Shown here one piece after another: positions 7,806-10,385 of a stretch of DNA of 10,385 bases. The DNA is from Octopus sinensis. Taxonomy: Eukaryota. The translations under genes and the position numbers were made by a program. The DNA lies in the NCBI RefSeq assembly GCF_006345805.1, contig NW_021827429.1, positions 1 through 10,385 of the forward strand, written 5' to 3'. The notes below the pieces were generated by a model. It was given only the letters and a program-made list of their open reading frames with translations. It was not told the origin of the DNA and did not search any database. Each line of letters begins with the position of its first letter. The first letter of the stretch is position 1.

Positions 7806-7995
7806 ATGCGATCATTTCGTCACCTGACATGTGGCACCCCTTGCACCTGTACAGGTAATGTCAATCTGATGGAAGGAGTGAGCTTATGTCTACACAAGCA
7901 TTTGATCACTATAAACACATCACCTGTGTGTGGATATTCGGTAAGAAATAGTGGAACACATACGTCTGAAGGACATCACCCTTTCCGGATTAAGT
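7806..7995 (+). mobile_element. Possible interspersed-repeat (SINE 3' part) fragment
   Basis: GC-richer island (GCACCTGTACAGGTAATGTC...GCATTTGATCACTATAAAC...TTCGGTAAGAAAT) that resembles an octopus repeat I recall. No pol III boxes or TSD are visible here. Confidence 0.25.
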
Positions 7996-8233
7996 AACTC
8001 TTTTCCATTATATTATTGTTCACTAACCACATTAATTATGATTCATGCAAAGAAGACGAAGATCGTTTTCTTACAATTCTTGTCTTTCTTCTCATTCCAC
8101 TTTTTGTATCAACCTACTTCGTGTTTTTTTCTTCCTGTTTTTTCTCTGTTTTCTCGCAGATCAGCTTCCAGGTTTTACAAATAGATCTAACAGTATGCTC
8201 TGAGTCAGAAAGATTACTTGGAGACACATTGCC

Positions 8234-8238
<5 letters not shown>

Positions 8239-8271
<33 letters not shown>
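8239..8271. repeat. (TA)n microsatellite
   Basis: Read directly from the sequence. Confidence 0.95.
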
Positions 8272-8273
<2 letters not shown>

Positions 8274-8410
8274 GCCACATTATTGTATCTCTACGGCATG
8301 AAACTATCAGTAGCCTTTTTAAAAAAATTCCGTATATCTTAAATTATATTTATCTCTCACTGGATAGAGTACATTTTGGTTGACCCTACCTATAAAGGAA
8401 CAGTAAACTC

Positions 8411-8449
8411 TATCTATCTATCTATCTACTCTATCTATCTATCTATCTA

Positions 8450-8488
<39 letters not shown>

Positions 8489-8511
8489 GTGTGTGTGTAT
8501 ATACATATATA

Positions 8512-8584
<73 letters not shown>

Positions 8585-8615
8585 TTATAATATATATATA
8601 TATATATATATAATT
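8411..8615. repeat. Compound (TCTA)n-(TG)n-(TA)n microsatellite
   Basis: Read directly from the sequence. Confidence 0.95.
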
Positions 8616-8752
8616 ATGGTGTATATAAATATACACATACATGGCTATGCTTTTACATATACACATACACAAATACACATATAACTGAAAGTGTAAATAA
8701 GATTTATACATAGTAAAATTTCAAAGAAGGAAAAAGAATTTTATCAACTTAC

Positions 8753-8833
8753 TTCTGACAAGTTACAGAATATACAAAATGCAATAACATCCAAGATGCC
8801 TGCTAGAAGCGCCAGCTCTACTAATCTGTTCGC
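8753..8833 (-). CDS. Candidate 81-nt phase-0 coding exon (ANRLVELALLAGILDVIAFCIFCNLSE), transmembrane helix, possibly from an MFS transporter
   Basis: Minus strand reads ttttaatgcatgtatatgaatattctgtttcag|GCG...GAA|gtaagt. It has 27 codons and only frame 0 is open (the other frames hit TAG and TAA). It is a unique-sequence island between TA arrays and encodes a ~20-residue hydrophobic stretch. Confidence 0.6.
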
Positions 8834-8873
8834 CTGAAACAGAATATTCATATACATGCATTAAAACAAAGAT

Positions 8874-8898
8874 TATATATATATATATATATATAATA

Positions 8899-8941
<43 letters not shown>

Positions 8942-8969
8942 ATATATATATAATATATTATATATATAT
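8874..8969. repeat. Interrupted (TA)n microsatellite
   Basis: Read directly from the sequence. Confidence 0.95.
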
Positions 8970-9098
8970 TACTATGATTTAATAATATTCTTGTATGCTT
9001 TTGATGTTCTCATTTGTAAAATGAATAAATAATCCAACATTATAATATCCGTAAGTTGATGAACAAACTGAATTGGTTTCTCCATTTTCTTATTTGTA

Positions 9099-9114
9099 TT
9101 ATATATATATGTGT

Positions 9115-9150
<36 letters not shown>
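9099..9150. repeat. (TA)n(TG)n microsatellite
   Basis: Read directly from the sequence. Confidence 0.95.
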
Positions 9151-9372
9151 TATACATACATATGTGGCAGGCGTGCATAAAGCAAAACTAGAGGGATTCT
9201 TCATAAAATGATTAATTACAGCAACTTACACACGTTTCATTAAGAGCGATTGTTTGTTAAATGTACATTAGATAAACAAATGGCATTTGCTAAATCTTCA
9301 GAGATGCATCATTTTCATTCGCAACTTTATTGGAATAACGACAGCGTTGCCTTGCCATCGGTGTATCTACTG

Positions 9373-9374
<2 letters not shown>

Positions 9375-9419
<45 letters not shown>
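9375..9419. repeat. (CA)n(TA)n microsatellite
   Basis: Read directly from the sequence. Confidence 0.95.
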
Positions 9420-9690
9420 TTAAGGTTGGTGCAAACATAGGTACACAGTAAATATCACATCAATGTTATAATTAATTCATTAAAATTATTAGCACATTAA
9501 ATTAGCCTCATTTTTGATATTCTCGGTGTCATTAATCATAGTAATACATTTATCATAATTATAATAATATTTTTATCGTAACTTTTTATTTTTTGTTAAA
9601 AATAAGAGCATTTTACGTATTTTCTTATTTTCATAACTGTATACCTACTTTTGTACCACCCGGTATATATCTAGATATTTTTCTGGGGGT

Positions 9691-10385
9691 GATCATTGTA
9701 CAGTTATCGAGGCGTGGTATAGTAACTGATTGATGAGTTTTAATGTTGGAAAGACGATGCTTTTGTAAATGAGTCGTTATAGGCAGCCATTCCATTCTTC
9801 CATTGCTGTGAACGAGGTTGATCATCCAGAAAGCTACGGTGTCCGTCTTCTTGGTTTGACTTCGATGAAGGATCTCTCTTGGAACAGTGCCATGTCAACT
9901 GCCAAAAATTTTGCAACTCTCTTCCGTGCTCGCAAATTTCTTATGCCAGAAAGTTTATTGGCCATCACTCGACTTTGGGTTGAATATTATTGCAACCTTC
10001 AGAGTGGGGCCTCCTATCGGTGTCTTTCATTCATTGATCGAATTCAGAATCGAGTTGTGAACATGGTGGCCTCCTCTTATTTCTGCTCGGTTGGAGTTTT
10101 TTGGCTCATCATCGAAATATATCTTCATTGTATTTTTTTCTATAAATATTTCTATGTTCATTACTCTGCTGAAATTTCTCGTCGAATACCTTCTATCAAC
10201 AACTTTAAACGTGTCACCCACTTCTCTTCTCAGGCGCATCGTTTCTCTGCTGAGCTTCCTGTTAGTCATAATGGCAACAGCTTCCTTCCTCCGACTGGTA
10301 CTTTCTAGAACTCATTACCATCATCTTGATTTTCTCTGATCTCTGATATTCAGTCCTTTAAGCGCTGCCAATCAACACCCTTAAA
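9691..10385 (+). mobile_element. Decayed CR1/L2-group LINE ORF2 (RT thumb to C-terminus), running to the window edge
   Basis: One frame from 9691: D..VIEAWYSN*LMSFNVGKTMLL*MSRYRQ...RLLGLTSMKDLSWNS...LFRARKFL...VEYYC...SGAS...IDRIQNRVVNMV...FYKYFY..SAEIS..IP...SFLPPTGTF*NSLP...(fs)DIQSFKR. It has in-frame stops at probable Trp codons and the same motif order as the 3610-5100 element. Confidence 0.85.

Noticed and set aside
8130-8200. Strong plus-strand polypyrimidine tract and CAG at 8157-8159
   Set aside because: Only weak donors follow (GTTTTA, GTATGC), there is no partner exon on plus, and it is opposite to the better-supported minus-strand exons.
6580-9178. IY-repeat ORFs (6580-6792, 6644-6847, 6877-7107, 7594-7797, 8376-8711, 8972-9178)
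   Set aside because: They are translations of (TA)n, (TCTA)n and (TG)n arrays.
9224-9372. Minus-strand GTAAGT donor at 9229-9224 and CTGAAGA with hairpins at 9301-9250
   Set aside because: All three frames upstream of the donor contain stops with no nearer acceptor (a UTR exon cannot be excluded). The hammerhead-like stretch lacks GAAA and stem I.

Overview
Eukaryotic, repeat-dense DNA with no complete gene, probably intronic. The SINE sequences and microsatellite density look like a coleoid cephalopod (Octopus-like) genome; this is recognition from memory, not a database match. In order: a ~40-bp minisatellite (1-1108); a small inverted-repeat element; a 401-bp non-autonomous Helitron (TC...CTAG, A|T target); a decayed SINE head; an L1/Tx1-like ORF2 3' end; a compound tetranucleotide microsatellite; and an old A-tailed CR1/L2-group LINE (3610-5100, minus) interrupted by a (GA)n expansion and a nested CR1 3' end with a (TAAC)n tail. 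Then come two tRNA-derived SINEs in inverted, tail-to-tail orientation; a ~290-bp tandem duplication; a Penelope-like GIY-YIG endonuclease fragment followed by a type I hammerhead ribozyme fold; and another CR1/L2-group RT fragment at the right edge. Two candidate minus-strand exons (81 nt at 8753-8833 and a 12-nt microexon at 6282-6293) splice in frame to a transmembrane helix plus an MFS motif-A-like loop, suggesting an MFS transporter host gene. Most ORFs in the supplied track are simple-repeat artefacts.
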